DNA of 64,000 nucleotides from a virus: IMG/VR virus record IMGVR_UViG_3300046777_002658, positions 64,001 to 128,000 of that record; one strand, 5' to 3'. Shown piece by piece: positions 41,505 to 50,472 of this stretch (position 1 is its first letter; each line of letters starts with the position of its first letter). The notes under the pieces were generated by a model. It saw only the letters and a program-made list of their open reading frames with translations, ran no database searches and was not told where the DNA came from. The position numbers and the translations under genes were made by a program.

Positions 41505-43880
41505 TTGATTAATATGAAACTAACACCTTTAAATAAGTATTGTGCAACTAACATAGACTTAGAAGCACAATCAGAGCTTGAGCTGCCCACAGAAGGTGAT
41601 GCTAAAGCTATTCTGATGAATATGATCATCAGTAACCAGTATTCAGACCCTTTAAAAGCTGCTTGCAGAGAAGCTTTGCAGAATGCTTTAGACGCCAATA
41701 AAGAAGCAGGCAACCAGCATCTACCTATAATCATTAACCTACCAACTAAAGAAGAGCCTCAACTGACTATATCCGACAATGGTAAGGGGATTGATGCTGA
41801 AAGGTTTGATAACGTCTACAGGAAGATTGGTCATTCAACAAAAAGCAATGACAACGAATTTATGGGAGGTTATGGAATGGGCAGGCTTTCCATGCTTGCA
41901 GTAGCCTCTCAAGTGTTAATAAACTCTGTATCTGCAGGTATCTATTACCAGCACTCAGCCTACATAAAAGAATCAGGAAACATAGGCTTTGCAACTTTCA
42001 GCTCTCAACCAACAGACAAACCCTCTGGAACACAAATAGTTATCCCAATAGACACAAAAGACCACTTGGAAGTTAACAAACATATCAAAGAGTTAACTAC
42101 CTGGGTAGAGCAGCCTGTTGAGGTATATCACAATGGAGAGTTATGTAACAATATTCAAAACACAAGTGACTGGTCTTTAAAAGGTTGCTACAAAGATTGT
42201 CCTTGGTATCTTAAGTTTCAAAATTGCATTAATGTCGAGGTTACTATACTCCAGGGTGACTTGCCTTATCAATTAAGCGGAAAGCTTTACACTGACCTAA
42301 AAGATCACTTTAAAAATTCTGTCGGGGAGTGGAATTTAACAAGTGGGATAGAGCTAAAAAACAACCTAGAGCTAAAAAACAACCTGGTTATAAGAATGCC
42401 AGTAGGGTCTCTGGAGTTAACTCAAAGCAGGGAAAGTCTAAGGATAAATGAATTTAACAAGAAAGCCTTAGAATTTATTCCTCTGCTGCTAGAGCATATT
42501 AAAGAAAAACTTGAAGAAGCGTTACTCAGTCAACCAAGTCTAAGAGAGGTCATAAGAACGTTCTTTCTAAACTATCCATTTAGCAGCTTTGAGTTTAGAG
42601 GCAGGCAGTTTACTAGACAAAGCTATAGCTATTATAATGCTTACTCACTAAGTGATTATCGCAGAGTTTTTCCTGAAAAGTGCACTCTAATCTGGGGTAG
42701 CGAAGAAACAACAAAAAATGCGCTAAGGAGGTGGATAGCTAAACTTAGCAAAGCAACTAGTCCCTTAATCTATAAATGCACAAACAGTATACTACCCTTT
42801 CTAGACTGTGTGTGGGTTGTATATCCAGAAGGTACTACTAAGGTTAAACTTGAGTTTAAGATCAGACAAGCTCTAAATATACCAACTAGTAAGCATATTC
42901 TGTGTATACCTACAAACCAAGACCCGGAGGAGTACATAAAAACTCACCCGCTGTTCTCCTTACTAGAAGATGTTCTAGTCTATAAGCCAATACAAAAAGA
43001 AAGAAAATATAATTCTAAACCTACCACCCTAAAGTCTCTTATCAAAGGTGGTAGTGCCAGAACTCTTTTGTCTAACGCAGGATCATTATCTCAAGGAGTC
43101 TATAACTGCACAGAAAAAGTCTTTGAGCTACCTGACTCGGGTATTTATGTCAAAACAGATGAAGCAAAAACTAGGTTAGGTTCTTACCATATACCTAAAT
43201 GGTTAGACCAGAGTACACTGTTCTTTGTTAGTGACTCTATAGCAGAAAAACTAAAGGAAAACCCTCAGTGGAAGTCCTTTTCAGATTACTCTAAAGAGCA
43301 GTTTACTAACCTTGTAAATACCCATAGAAAAGGATTGGAGTTACTAGACTGGTCTGTTGATAGTACCTGGGTATCAGGTGACTGTTACTTCTGTGGGCTG
43401 CCTTGCAATGAATTTCTTGCTAAGGTCATCAAAAAATCAATGAGTGCTACAGCTCAAAACTCAGAAGAATTATCGTTGGTTAACCTACTTCTGCACCCAG
43501 ATCAAGCTTTTTGGTTAAGTAAAGCTGGCGACTCTTTTTTTGTTAACTTTAGCGAAGAGAGCGAAGAGAGCAAAAAACTTCAAAGCATTAAGAACAAACT
43601 CAAAAACAACCGCTGGAGTCTAGGTCAATATCAAGTAAAGGCACTGTCTACAACTCTTTCTGTCAAACCTTACTACACTAGCCCAAATGAGTACGCAGCC
43701 CTTAAAGTTCCTATCTTTAAGAAACTAGCAGACAAGTACCCTCTACTGATGCTGCTAATACAGAACGTGGAGATTGGTACTCAGAAACCCACCACAAAAG
43801 AAAACTTACCTCTGGCAGAAAGAAACCTGTTAGAGTCAATTGAGCAATACATGGAGCAAATAAATGCAATACATAATTGA
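41505..43880 (+). CDS. rIIA: rIIA-like protein
   Basis: N-terminal GHKL (REALQNALDA, SDNGKG, STK, GGYGMG, SGTQI), LTQSRESL, 791 aa, overlapping an rIIB-like gene. Confidence 0.8.
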   Translation: MINMKLTPLNKYCATNIDLEAQSELELPTEGDAKAILMNMIISNQYSDPLKAACREALQNALDANKEAGNQHLPIIINLPTKEEPQLTISDNGKGIDAERFDNVYRKIGHSTKSNDNEFMGGYGMGRLSMLAVASQVLINSVSAGIYYQHSAYIKESGNIGFATFSSQPTDKPSGTQIVIPIDTKDHLEVNKHIKELTTWVEQPVEVYHNGELCNNIQNTSDWSLKGCYKDCPWYLKFQNCINVEVTILQGDLPYQLSGKLYTDLKDHFKNSVGEWNLTSGIELKNNLELKNNLVIRMPVGSLELTQSRESLRINEFNKKALEFIPLLLEHIKEKLEEALLSQPSLREVIRTFFLNYPFSSFEFRGRQFTRQSYSYYNAYSLSDYRRVFPEKCTLIWGSEETTKNALRRWIAKLSKATSPLIYKCTNSILPFLDCVWVVYPEGTTKVKLEFKIRQALNIPTSKHILCIPTNQDPEEYIKTHPLFSLLEDVLVYKPIQKERKYNSKPTTLKSLIKGGSARTLLSNAGSLSQGVYNCTEKVFELPDSGIYVKTDEAKTRLGSYHIPKWLDQSTLFFVSDSIAEKLKENPQWKSFSDYSKEQFTNLVNTHRKGLELLDWSVDSTWVSGDCYFCGLPCNEFLAKVIKKSMSATAQNSEELSLVNLLLHPDQAFWLSKAGDSFFVNFSEESEESKKLQSIKNKLKNNRWSLGQYQVKALSTTLSVKPYYTSPNEYAALKVPIFKKLADKYPLLMLLIQNVEIGTQKPTTKENLPLAERNLLESIEQYMEQINAIHN

Positions 43881-44745
43881 CGACAAGCACATCACCATTC
43901 ACAAAGACGGTAAAACCCACTTGATCTCAAAGGATTCAAACTCCTACTTTGACTTTATTAAGAGCACGCTGCTGAAAGCAGGAACAGCAAACACTAATCT
44001 CTTAAGTTGGGGTGGACAAATAAAACAAGCAACTGCTGGAGCTTTTAATTATAACAAGGGAAAGTTCTATTATGAAGATGAACCAGTCCCTAAGTCAGTT
44101 GGTGAGAGAATTAAAGAGTTGGAAGACCAGAATCTTCCTTTTCAACCTTTGATCAACTTTTGGTTAAAGCTCAAAGACCACCCAGATAGAGAAATAAGAG
44201 AAAAATTAGGTCAGTCAGCAGGTAGACCTGGCATACCTTTGACTTGGGATGGAGACTTAATCCTTTACACTCGTGCAAGCTGGGTTCCTCCATCTGCTGA
44301 CAAAGAAGAAATAACCAGTCTAACAAACCTTAATAGGTTTACACGTTTGGACTGGAGTAGTAACAAGTTTACCCCAGGAAAAACAATGGTTTCATCGACA
44401 GCACTAATCTGTGGTGACTTTACCTGGATAACAGAGGTATGCCCTGATGCTGGAGTTATCTATGATATTCAAGTAAACCCTCTTCATGTTGTTAAAAGCA
44501 GCCCATTGGGCGGTAAACTAGAAGTAAGCCAGTTTACCTACCTTTCCCAGCTGGAGGAGCATTCTGCGCTGACTGACAAGATATTCTTTGTTAAAGTAGA
44601 GACTAACACTTTTGGGAAGCAGCTAGTGGTAAGAAAACCCTATTCTCCTGAGTCTCTAAGAGAGTATTTGGCTAATTTGATGCCTGGCACTAATAAAATG
44701 AAAGAGACTGAGAGTCAAACTGTTTCAGTGCGCGGCGGTTGTTAA
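43864..44745 (+). CDS. rIIB: rIIB-like protein (divergent)
   Basis: PLINFWLKL..HP...IPLTWDGDLILY; position after rIIA. Confidence 0.65.
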   Translation: MQYIIDDKHITIHKDGKTHLISKDSNSYFDFIKSTLLKAGTANTNLLSWGGQIKQATAGAFNYNKGKFYYEDEPVPKSVGERIKELEDQNLPFQPLINFWLKLKDHPDREIREKLGQSAGRPGIPLTWDGDLILYTRASWVPPSADKEEITSLTNLNRFTRLDWSSNKFTPGKTMVSSTALICGDFTWITEVCPDAGVIYDIQVNPLHVVKSSPLGGKLEVSQFTYLSQLEEHSALTDKIFFVKVETNTFGKQLVVRKPYSPESLREYLANLMPGTNKMKETESQTVSVRGGC

Positions 44746-44783
44746 TTTAGTTCAAGGGAGTCTTTTGGCTCCCCTAACCAATA

Positions 44784-45509
44784 ATGATTGATTCAAGAGA
44801 ATATACACACCCTAGTTATGGTCTAGTATCATTATCAAGGGTTCAAGCTAACAAATCTAACTGCTTTATGGCAGATGGGCTGGAAGTTGGTGGTTACATA
44901 AAAATGACAGTTAGCACTGCTTTCTTAAGTAGAAAGTTGTCTGGTTATAATCTTTACCCTGATAAGAATATCTTATCCTTAAGGATGTCTTATCACCAGT
45001 TTGCTGAGTTAATTACTAATTTTAACAACGGCTCTGGGACTGCTTGTACTCTTGAGTGGATTACACCTGCTGGTCAAGGAAAGGTTGAAGAGTATGTCTC
45101 TCCTCCCAGCGTTAGGTCAGAGTTTGAGCTTGATCTAAGAAAGCAACTAGACCAAGCTAACAAAATCTTGAAAGAACTTAAAGATAGCATAGCAGAGCTA
45201 GTAAACAAAGGTAAGGCAGGAAAGACAGAGTTAAAACAAGCTTCAGAACTTGTTAACAGAGTTGAGAGACAACTGTTTGACAGCACACCATACATAGAAA
45301 AAAGATTTGGTGAGGCTTTAGATAATGCTACTAGCCGCAGCAAAGCAGAGATTACTGCGTGGATGGATGCCCAACTGTCACGCATGGGTTTAGAGAGTCT
45401 ACGGCAAAAGCAAATAATGTCTGGTTCAAGCCCAGCACCGCTAGAAACAGATAAACCAGCAGGGGACTTAACGTCAGCTATTGGTACTGCTGTAGATTCT
45501 CTTCAATAA
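44784..45509 (+). CDS. Conserved-looking phage hypothetical protein (241 aa)
   Basis: HPSYG...MSYHQFAELITNFNNGSGTACTL plus coiled coil. Confidence 0.8.
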   Translation: MIDSREYTHPSYGLVSLSRVQANKSNCFMADGLEVGGYIKMTVSTAFLSRKLSGYNLYPDKNILSLRMSYHQFAELITNFNNGSGTACTLEWITPAGQGKVEEYVSPPSVRSEFELDLRKQLDQANKILKELKDSIAELVNKGKAGKTELKQASELVNRVERQLFDSTPYIEKRFGEALDNATSRSKAEITAWMDAQLSRMGLESLRQKQIMSGSSPAPLETDKPAGDLTSAIGTAVDSLQ

Positions 45510-45539
45510 CTGCACAGAACAATAGTCACAGGAGAAGAA

Positions 45540-46466
45540 ATGGCATACAAAAGTCAAAGAAGCCAGTTAGTAAACCGTCCGCTTCCTTCTTCATTTTCAG
45601 ATTTTAAAGCAAAGTACCCTACTCTGTTAAGGAAGCTAGTCTATTGGGCTAGTAGAAGGAGCTACAGTCTAAAAGATGCTGTTTTTAAAGAAGTAGTAAC
45701 TTATCTACATGAGTTAGTTATAAATCGCTCCACTGACTTTGCAGAGGCTAAACCTTATCTAGAAATATGGGATAGAACCTTATCTTCTAGAGAAAAGGAA
45801 GAGCTGTGGAAAGTAGTGCCTTATAGATTTCCTAACAAGGAGTTTCTAAAGTACAAAGACGCGCAATTAGAGAGCAGATGGTATACCGGCAGTTACTCTG
45901 TCTTAACAGAAAAGATAACAGATGAATTGTTCTACAAAAGTTCTCTGCAAGGTATTCTCACAGTCAACAGCTATAAAGCGACTATTCTTAACGCCGAAAG
46001 GATGCTGATTGTAGACGTAGATATTGATGGTGATTGTTTAGAATACAACAGAGCTCCAGTAAGTGAAAAGCAAGCTATCATAGCTCTCCGCGCTTGGCAA
46101 TCTCAACAAGGCGGTAACTTCAGAGTTTATAAGACAGCAGGTGGTCTGAGGTACATTGAGACCACTAAAGAGTGGCAGCCTTCAAGTCGTGATACAAAGG
46201 CTGTTATGGCTAACCTATACGCAGATTCTAAATACTCATTACTATGCCAAACCCAAGAAACTTTTAGAGCTAGGTTAACTCCTAAACCTTGGAGGTATGA
46301 AGACTGGGATGTTTACTGTGAAGATGAGCTTGAAGCAGAAGACGTTGGAGTCTGTAAACTCATAGGAGTGGTCGGGGATAAGAAAGTAGATGACAAGTTC
46401 AAAGATTTGATTAAGCTGCACGATAGGAAGACTAAAGCTTTTAGCAAAGACTTAGATTTAGTGTAA
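45540..46466 (+). CDS. Hypothetical protein (308 aa)
   Basis: AGGAG RBS; LIVDVD, VYKTAGGLR, FRARLTPKPWR. Confidence 0.8.
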   Translation: MAYKSQRSQLVNRPLPSSFSDFKAKYPTLLRKLVYWASRRSYSLKDAVFKEVVTYLHELVINRSTDFAEAKPYLEIWDRTLSSREKEELWKVVPYRFPNKEFLKYKDAQLESRWYTGSYSVLTEKITDELFYKSSLQGILTVNSYKATILNAERMLIVDVDIDGDCLEYNRAPVSEKQAIIALRAWQSQQGGNFRVYKTAGGLRYIETTKEWQPSSRDTKAVMANLYADSKYSLLCQTQETFRARLTPKPWRYEDWDVYCEDELEAEDVGVCKLIGVVGDKKVDDKFKDLIKLHDRKTKAFSKDLDLV

Positions 46467-46740
46467 GCTACCAACAGTAGAGAAGAAGCGTCAGAGGAAA
46501 CTGCAGTCGCAAATGCAGGGCAGTAAGTTCTCAGTCATTCTTGGGAGACAAGGGCTCCCAGAGTTTGATAGCCGCAATAACTGTAGCCTGCATGGTCAGT
46601 TTGAAAGTGTTCAGGCTAAAGTTTCGTTTGTGCAAGGTCAAGCAACAATCAAGATTTAGACAATAAGGTAGAGGTTAACAGCCTCTACCAAACTATTCTC
46701 AGCAAGAAAAAAGAATAAAGCAAGAAATAGAAAAGTTGCC

Positions 46741-46949
46741 ATAACTATAGAATTTAAAACAGGTGACTTGCTGAAAGAACAAGCGCAAGCATTAGTAAAC
46801 ACGGTAAATTGTGTTGGTGTTATGGGTAAGGGCATTGCCAAGCAGTTTAAAGAAGCTTACCCAGAAAAATAGATTGGGCTGTAGTAAAACCTTTAATAGT
46901 AGCAGCTTTTGAAGAACTACTTGATGTCAAAGTGGTAATCTTTGAGTAA
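46741..46949 (+). pseudogene. Macrodomain (DarG-like) gene remnant with large internal deletion
   Basis: IEFKTGDLL...[25 protein letters not shown] then stop at 46870-72; in another frame from 46872, DWAVVKPLIVAAFEELLDVKVVIFE*. Confidence 0.8.
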
Positions 46950-46994
46950 GAAAAGAATAATAACCAAAACAAACAATCAAACAACAAGAAATTT

Positions 46995-47528
46995 ATGCGA
47001 TTAACACAAGAACAAGTTTTAACCAATCTCAAAAACAACTATGATGAGTGCTCTCAAGCTTCTTGCAGCTTTTGGGTCACTTCTTTATGGACTAAGGAAA
47101 CAGTAGCAGAGCTACAAATTGCTGCTAAAGTCTTCTGGAAGCTGATCAAGACTTTTTTGTTTGTAGCCTTAACTGTTCTGACTGCCTTGCTTTACTACCC
47201 TACTTTGGGAGCAATAAAAATGTGGAACCTACTGGTAGAAACTGTAAACCCAATCTCCACCATTTTAAGTGTTTTAGAGGTTAGCACAGACAAGTTTACA
47301 GAGACAGAATACAAGTTTGATACTAAAATAGTTAAGGAGATAGAGAAACAGCAAAAAGACTCAACAGAAACCTCTTTTGATACAGCCAAACCTATTCTTC
47401 CACCTTTTGTTTATTTTGCGGCATCAAGAATAAATTCTTTCTTAAACACACCAATTGGTGAATTAATGAAGACCGACTTGATAGAATCTAACAACCAATC
47501 AAACACAAATGATGAATCAAGTGTTTAA
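46995..47528 (+). CDS. Hypothetical membrane protein (177 aa)
   Basis: One hydrophobic segment. Confidence 0.7.
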   Translation: MRLTQEQVLTNLKNNYDECSQASCSFWVTSLWTKETVAELQIAAKVFWKLIKTFLFVALTVLTALLYYPTLGAIKMWNLLVETVNPISTILSVLEVSTDKFTETEYKFDTKIVKEIEKQQKDSTETSFDTAKPILPPFVYFAASRINSFLNTPIGELMKTDLIESNNQSNTNDESSV

Positions 47529-47904
47529 TCCCTTTAAAGTTATCAAGCAACAAGGAAAGCTTCTACAGCTGGCTTTAGAAAAGATAGCAGCTTTAGAAAA
47601 AGAAGTTTTAGAGTTAAAACAAAGTAATGTTCAGGACATTGCCTCTCTAACTCAGCACTTGAGTCCTGATCAGTTAAAAAGAATTGGGTGTGACCATTAC
47701 CCTGAGCTTGTAAAAGAATTAGCTCAAGAACTAAAGAAAGTTTCATATCTGATTCCCTTAGCCAGGGAAGTGGCAAAGCAGCCAGAAGTACAACAACGTG
47801 CGGCTAACTACTTAGCTCACAGAATATGCACAGCTTTATCACCTGATGCAAGCACCAAGGTTGTGGCAGTTAGACCTGATAACACCACAACCTTCATGGA
47901 TTAA
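47509..47904 (+). CDS. Hypothetical coiled-coil protein (131 aa)
   Basis: ORF. Confidence 0.7.
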   Translation: MMNQVFNPFKVIKQQGKLLQLALEKIAALEKEVLELKQSNVQDIASLTQHLSPDQLKRIGCDHYPELVKELAQELKKVSYLIPLAREVAKQPEVQQRAANYLAHRICTALSPDASTKVVAVRPDNTTTFMD

Positions 47905-47945
47905 GCTACATTACTCACATTCAACATTTAACCCTCTTTACGCAA

Positions 47946-48575
47946 ATGACAACCAAAAAGATTACCATTACTAGAGCTTTAAAAGAACTGAAGACTTTGG
48001 GTGATCGCAGCAATAAAATGACCAGTGAAACTACTTTTTGTGTTTTACAAGAAAAGCCTGGTCAACTCCCTATTGGTTTTACTTCAGTGGAAGAGCTGGA
48101 AAAGAGCTTAAAAGCTAATTATCAGTCTTTAGTAGACTTGATAGCTTATCGGGAAAGAATCAAGCAGGCAATTGTAAACTCTAATGCCACCACAATGGTA
48201 ACTATTGCTGGTAAACAGTACACAGTAGCAGCAGCTATAGAAACCAAGCAAAGCTACCAGTACAAAATTGCTTTGGGTAGAGCAATGAAGTCTCAACTAG
48301 AAAAGGCTGTTAACTCTAAAAGCCGCTTAGATGCTCAACTTGCTAACAGACTAGATGAGCTTATTAAAACTACCTTTCAGGGTAAAGCTAATTTGACTGA
48401 GACTGACTACGCCTCTATAGCCAACCCTTTCCACGAAAGGAACGAGGTGAAGATTGTAGACCCGCTAGACCTTTCTAAGCTAATAAACTCTCTACATGAC
48501 GAAGTAGCTGAGTTTCTGAACAATGTAGATGATGTTGTTTCAGTGTCTAACTCAACAAACTTTATAGAAGTTTAG
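47946..48575 (+). CDS. Conserved coiled-coil protein (209 aa)
   Basis: ITRALKELKTL...IKQAIVNSNATT.VTIAG...TVAAAIE...DDVVSVSNSTN; pseudo-repeated SNA/SNS ends. Confidence 0.85.
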   Translation: MTTKKITITRALKELKTLGDRSNKMTSETTFCVLQEKPGQLPIGFTSVEELEKSLKANYQSLVDLIAYRERIKQAIVNSNATTMVTIAGKQYTVAAAIETKQSYQYKIALGRAMKSQLEKAVNSKSRLDAQLANRLDELIKTTFQGKANLTETDYASIANPFHERNEVKIVDPLDLSKLINSLHDEVAEFLNNVDDVVSVSNSTNFIEV

Positions 48576-48596
48576 AACTTCTGTTAGAATACTCTT

Positions 48597-48883
48597 GTTG
48601 TCATAGCGAATAACTTAAAACAGAGAACCCTCTAGCTGGGGTAAAGGCTAACCAACACTCGGAGAAGTGTACATAAAAGGTATCTTTCTTTAGCTGGTCA
48701 GTGAACTATCCAAAGAAAAGACCTTAAAGCTCAATCTTCAAAGCTCAACTCTTAACTCTAAAACGCTTAGTATTCTTATTTATCAAAGTTCAACCATTAA
48801 TGGTCAACATTCGATAAAATCCTAAAGCAAGGTTTCAAGCGTTATTCTCTGTACGATAGTAACCATTAGGCTGCTATGCCAAC
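48597..48883 (+). ncRNA. Candidate structured RNA (about 290 nt)
   Basis: 5'/3' closing stem GTTGTCATAGC (48597-607) with GCTATGCCAAC (48873-883), 10 of 11 pairs; internal AAAGYTCAA repeats; terminator directly after. Confidence 0.6.
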
Positions 48884-48887
48884 CTCT

Positions 48888-48918
48888 AAAAGCCCTAGAG
48901 TTGTATCTAGGGCTTTTT
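48888..48918 (+). terminator. Intrinsic terminator
   Basis: AAAAGCCCTAGA-GTTGTA-TCTAGGGCTTTT. Confidence 0.8.
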
Positions 48919-48937
48919 AGTAGATACTTACTTTATT

Positions 48938-49576
48938 TTGCTCATGTTCTACAAAAGAAGACAATGGAGTAGTAACAGACAGTTAGCCGCACTCAGCGGA
49001 TGTAGCGTTCTATTTTTTCTAATGTTTGAATTTCTGGTAGCAACAGTTATTAACTATCAAACACCAAAAGACTTATTTCCCTCGCATACTAACCAAGTAA
49101 ATACACAACCTGTAATACTTCCCCTACAGCAAATAAACCAAAAAGGTATCCAACTAGTCAAACACTTTGAAGGTCTTTATCTCTCTCCTTATGTATGTCC
49201 TAGTGGAAAAAAGACCATTGGGTTTGGTCATACAGGAAAAAAGGCTAGAGAAGGAAGAAAAATAACTGCTGCTCAAGCCGAGGCACTTTTACAACAAGAC
49301 TTAGCAAAAGCAGAAGCAGTTGTCAGAAAGTTTGTGAAAGTTCCTCTTAACAGCAACCAGTTTAGTGTATTAGTCTCTTTTACTTTTAATACTGGTGCAG
49401 GAGCTTTTCAGAGGTCTACACTTCTAAAGCTAGTTAATCAACAAGACTTTGCTGGTGCTGCTGTTGAGTTAGGTAAGTGGGTGCATGGTAACAGAGGTAG
49501 AAGGCTACAAGGTCTAGTTCTTAGAAGAGAAGCAGAAAGAAAACTATTTGAGGAGCCCGTAGCAAATGAGTTTTGA
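48938..49576 (+). CDS. GH24 lysozyme (endolysin) with N-terminal hydrophobic anchor
   Basis: VKHFEGLYLSPYVCPSGKKTIGFGHT, FTFNTGAGAF, GLVLRREAE. Confidence 0.92.
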   Translation: MLMFYKRRQWSSNRQLAALSGCSVLFFLMFEFLVATVINYQTPKDLFPSHTNQVNTQPVILPLQQINQKGIQLVKHFEGLYLSPYVCPSGKKTIGFGHTGKKAREGRKITAAQAEALLQQDLAKAEAVVRKFVKVPLNSNQFSVLVSFTFNTGAGAFQRSTLLKLVNQQDFAGAAVELGKWVHGNRGRRLQGLVLRREAERKLFEEPVANEF

Positions 49577-49883
49577 AGATGATGTAGAAAGATTTTTAAC
49601 AGTATCTTCTAATCATGCAACCCCAAACGACTTTAATCTAATGACTTCAAGTGCTGAAAAATCACTAATGGTTTTTAGAGAAAGTATGGACGAGGCTGGT
49701 GTGATACTTAACATTGGCTATATTGAAGGCTGTGGTTTTGATAGAGAAGCTTTGTCTGCTTTAAAGTTTAGTGACCTGTTCTGCAACCTTATAGAGTGGG
49801 CTATAAAGAACAATATTTCCTGGGTGAGAATTGACAGGGACGGTACAAAAATAGATGGTTTATCTCAATGTGACTGGCAGTAA
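49566..49883 (+). CDS. Hypothetical protein (DUF5983-like)
   Basis: FLTVSSNH...WVRIDRDG...W pattern. Confidence 0.6.
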   Translation: MSFEDDVERFLTVSSNHATPNDFNLMTSSAEKSLMVFRESMDEAGVILNIGYIEGCGFDREALSALKFSDLFCNLIEWAIKNNISWVRIDRDGTKIDGLSQCDWQ

Positions 49884-49887
49884 AATA

Positions 49888-50319
49888 ATGAAAACATTCT
49901 TTTTAAAGACTCCATCAAAGTTTTTCACCCCTGTTTGGGCTGAAACAAAGCCTTTTGAGCTGCTAGAAGACAGAGGCTACCAAGTAGGCGATCGCATAGT
50001 AAGACTTGAGTTTCATGAATCTGCTAACCAGTTTACTGGTAGACTAGCAGACGCTTACACAAGCTACAAGATAGATAGTAATGAATTAGGCTTAGAAAAA
50101 GGTTTCTGTGTACTAGGGCTGACTAAAGTTAAGCTGTTAGATGTCTACAAGCTGGAGCTTTCTTCCTTTAACTATCAGCTTCTCTACAAAGAAGGTCTCC
50201 AACATCTGAGAACAGAATTAGAAGAAGCTTATGCAGAGTGCTCTTCTAACCTTGATGAGGATTTAGGTTCTGAGCTTGAAGTTTACTTAAACAGTGATTA
50301 TAACCAAGATGCAGCATGA
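49888..50319 (+). CDS. Divergent DUF3850/ASCH-like protein (track start 49855)
   Basis: LKTPSKFF...DRGYQVGD...FTGR...KGFCVLG. Confidence 0.65.
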   Translation: MKTFFLKTPSKFFTPVWAETKPFELLEDRGYQVGDRIVRLEFHESANQFTGRLADAYTSYKIDSNELGLEKGFCVLGLTKVKLLDVYKLELSSFNYQLLYKEGLQHLRTELEEAYAECSSNLDEDLGSELEVYLNSDYNQDAA

Positions 50320-50472
50320 AGGTTTTATCCTTGTTTAGTGGCATAGCAGGGCTGTGCAAATCAGTTTACCAGGAAACTTTGAAGCTAGAAGAGCATATGG
50401 TTTAAGCTGTAGCCCAAGACAGTCAGCAATCGCTTGGAAAAGAATTGATTACTTAACAAAGCTACTAAAAGA

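Larger units (their letters stand above)
9913..46720 (+). promoter_or_regulatory. Dispersed motif GAAAAAA(A)GAWWRG(TG), at least 27 copies, all on +; candidate phage promoter
   Basis: Copies start at about 9913, 10010, 10835, 11334, 11641, 11965, 12220, 12610, 13012, 13671, 14324, 15236, 15470, 16642, 17600, 18180, 19034, 19651, 19755, 20630, 22479, 23218, 28088, 33198, 39471, 41477, 46706. Most lie within about 50 nt upstream of a start codon. Confidence 0.8.

Noticed and set aside
42350-42385. 18-bp tandem duplication in rIIA (ELKNNL twice)
   Set aside because: Simple in-frame slippage with no sign of function.
46467-46660. GC-richer intergenic stretch with small hairpins as a possible ncRNA or IS end
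   Set aside because: It also reads as a 48-aa ORF from ATG 46514, the stems are short, and no transposase is present; unresolved and weak.
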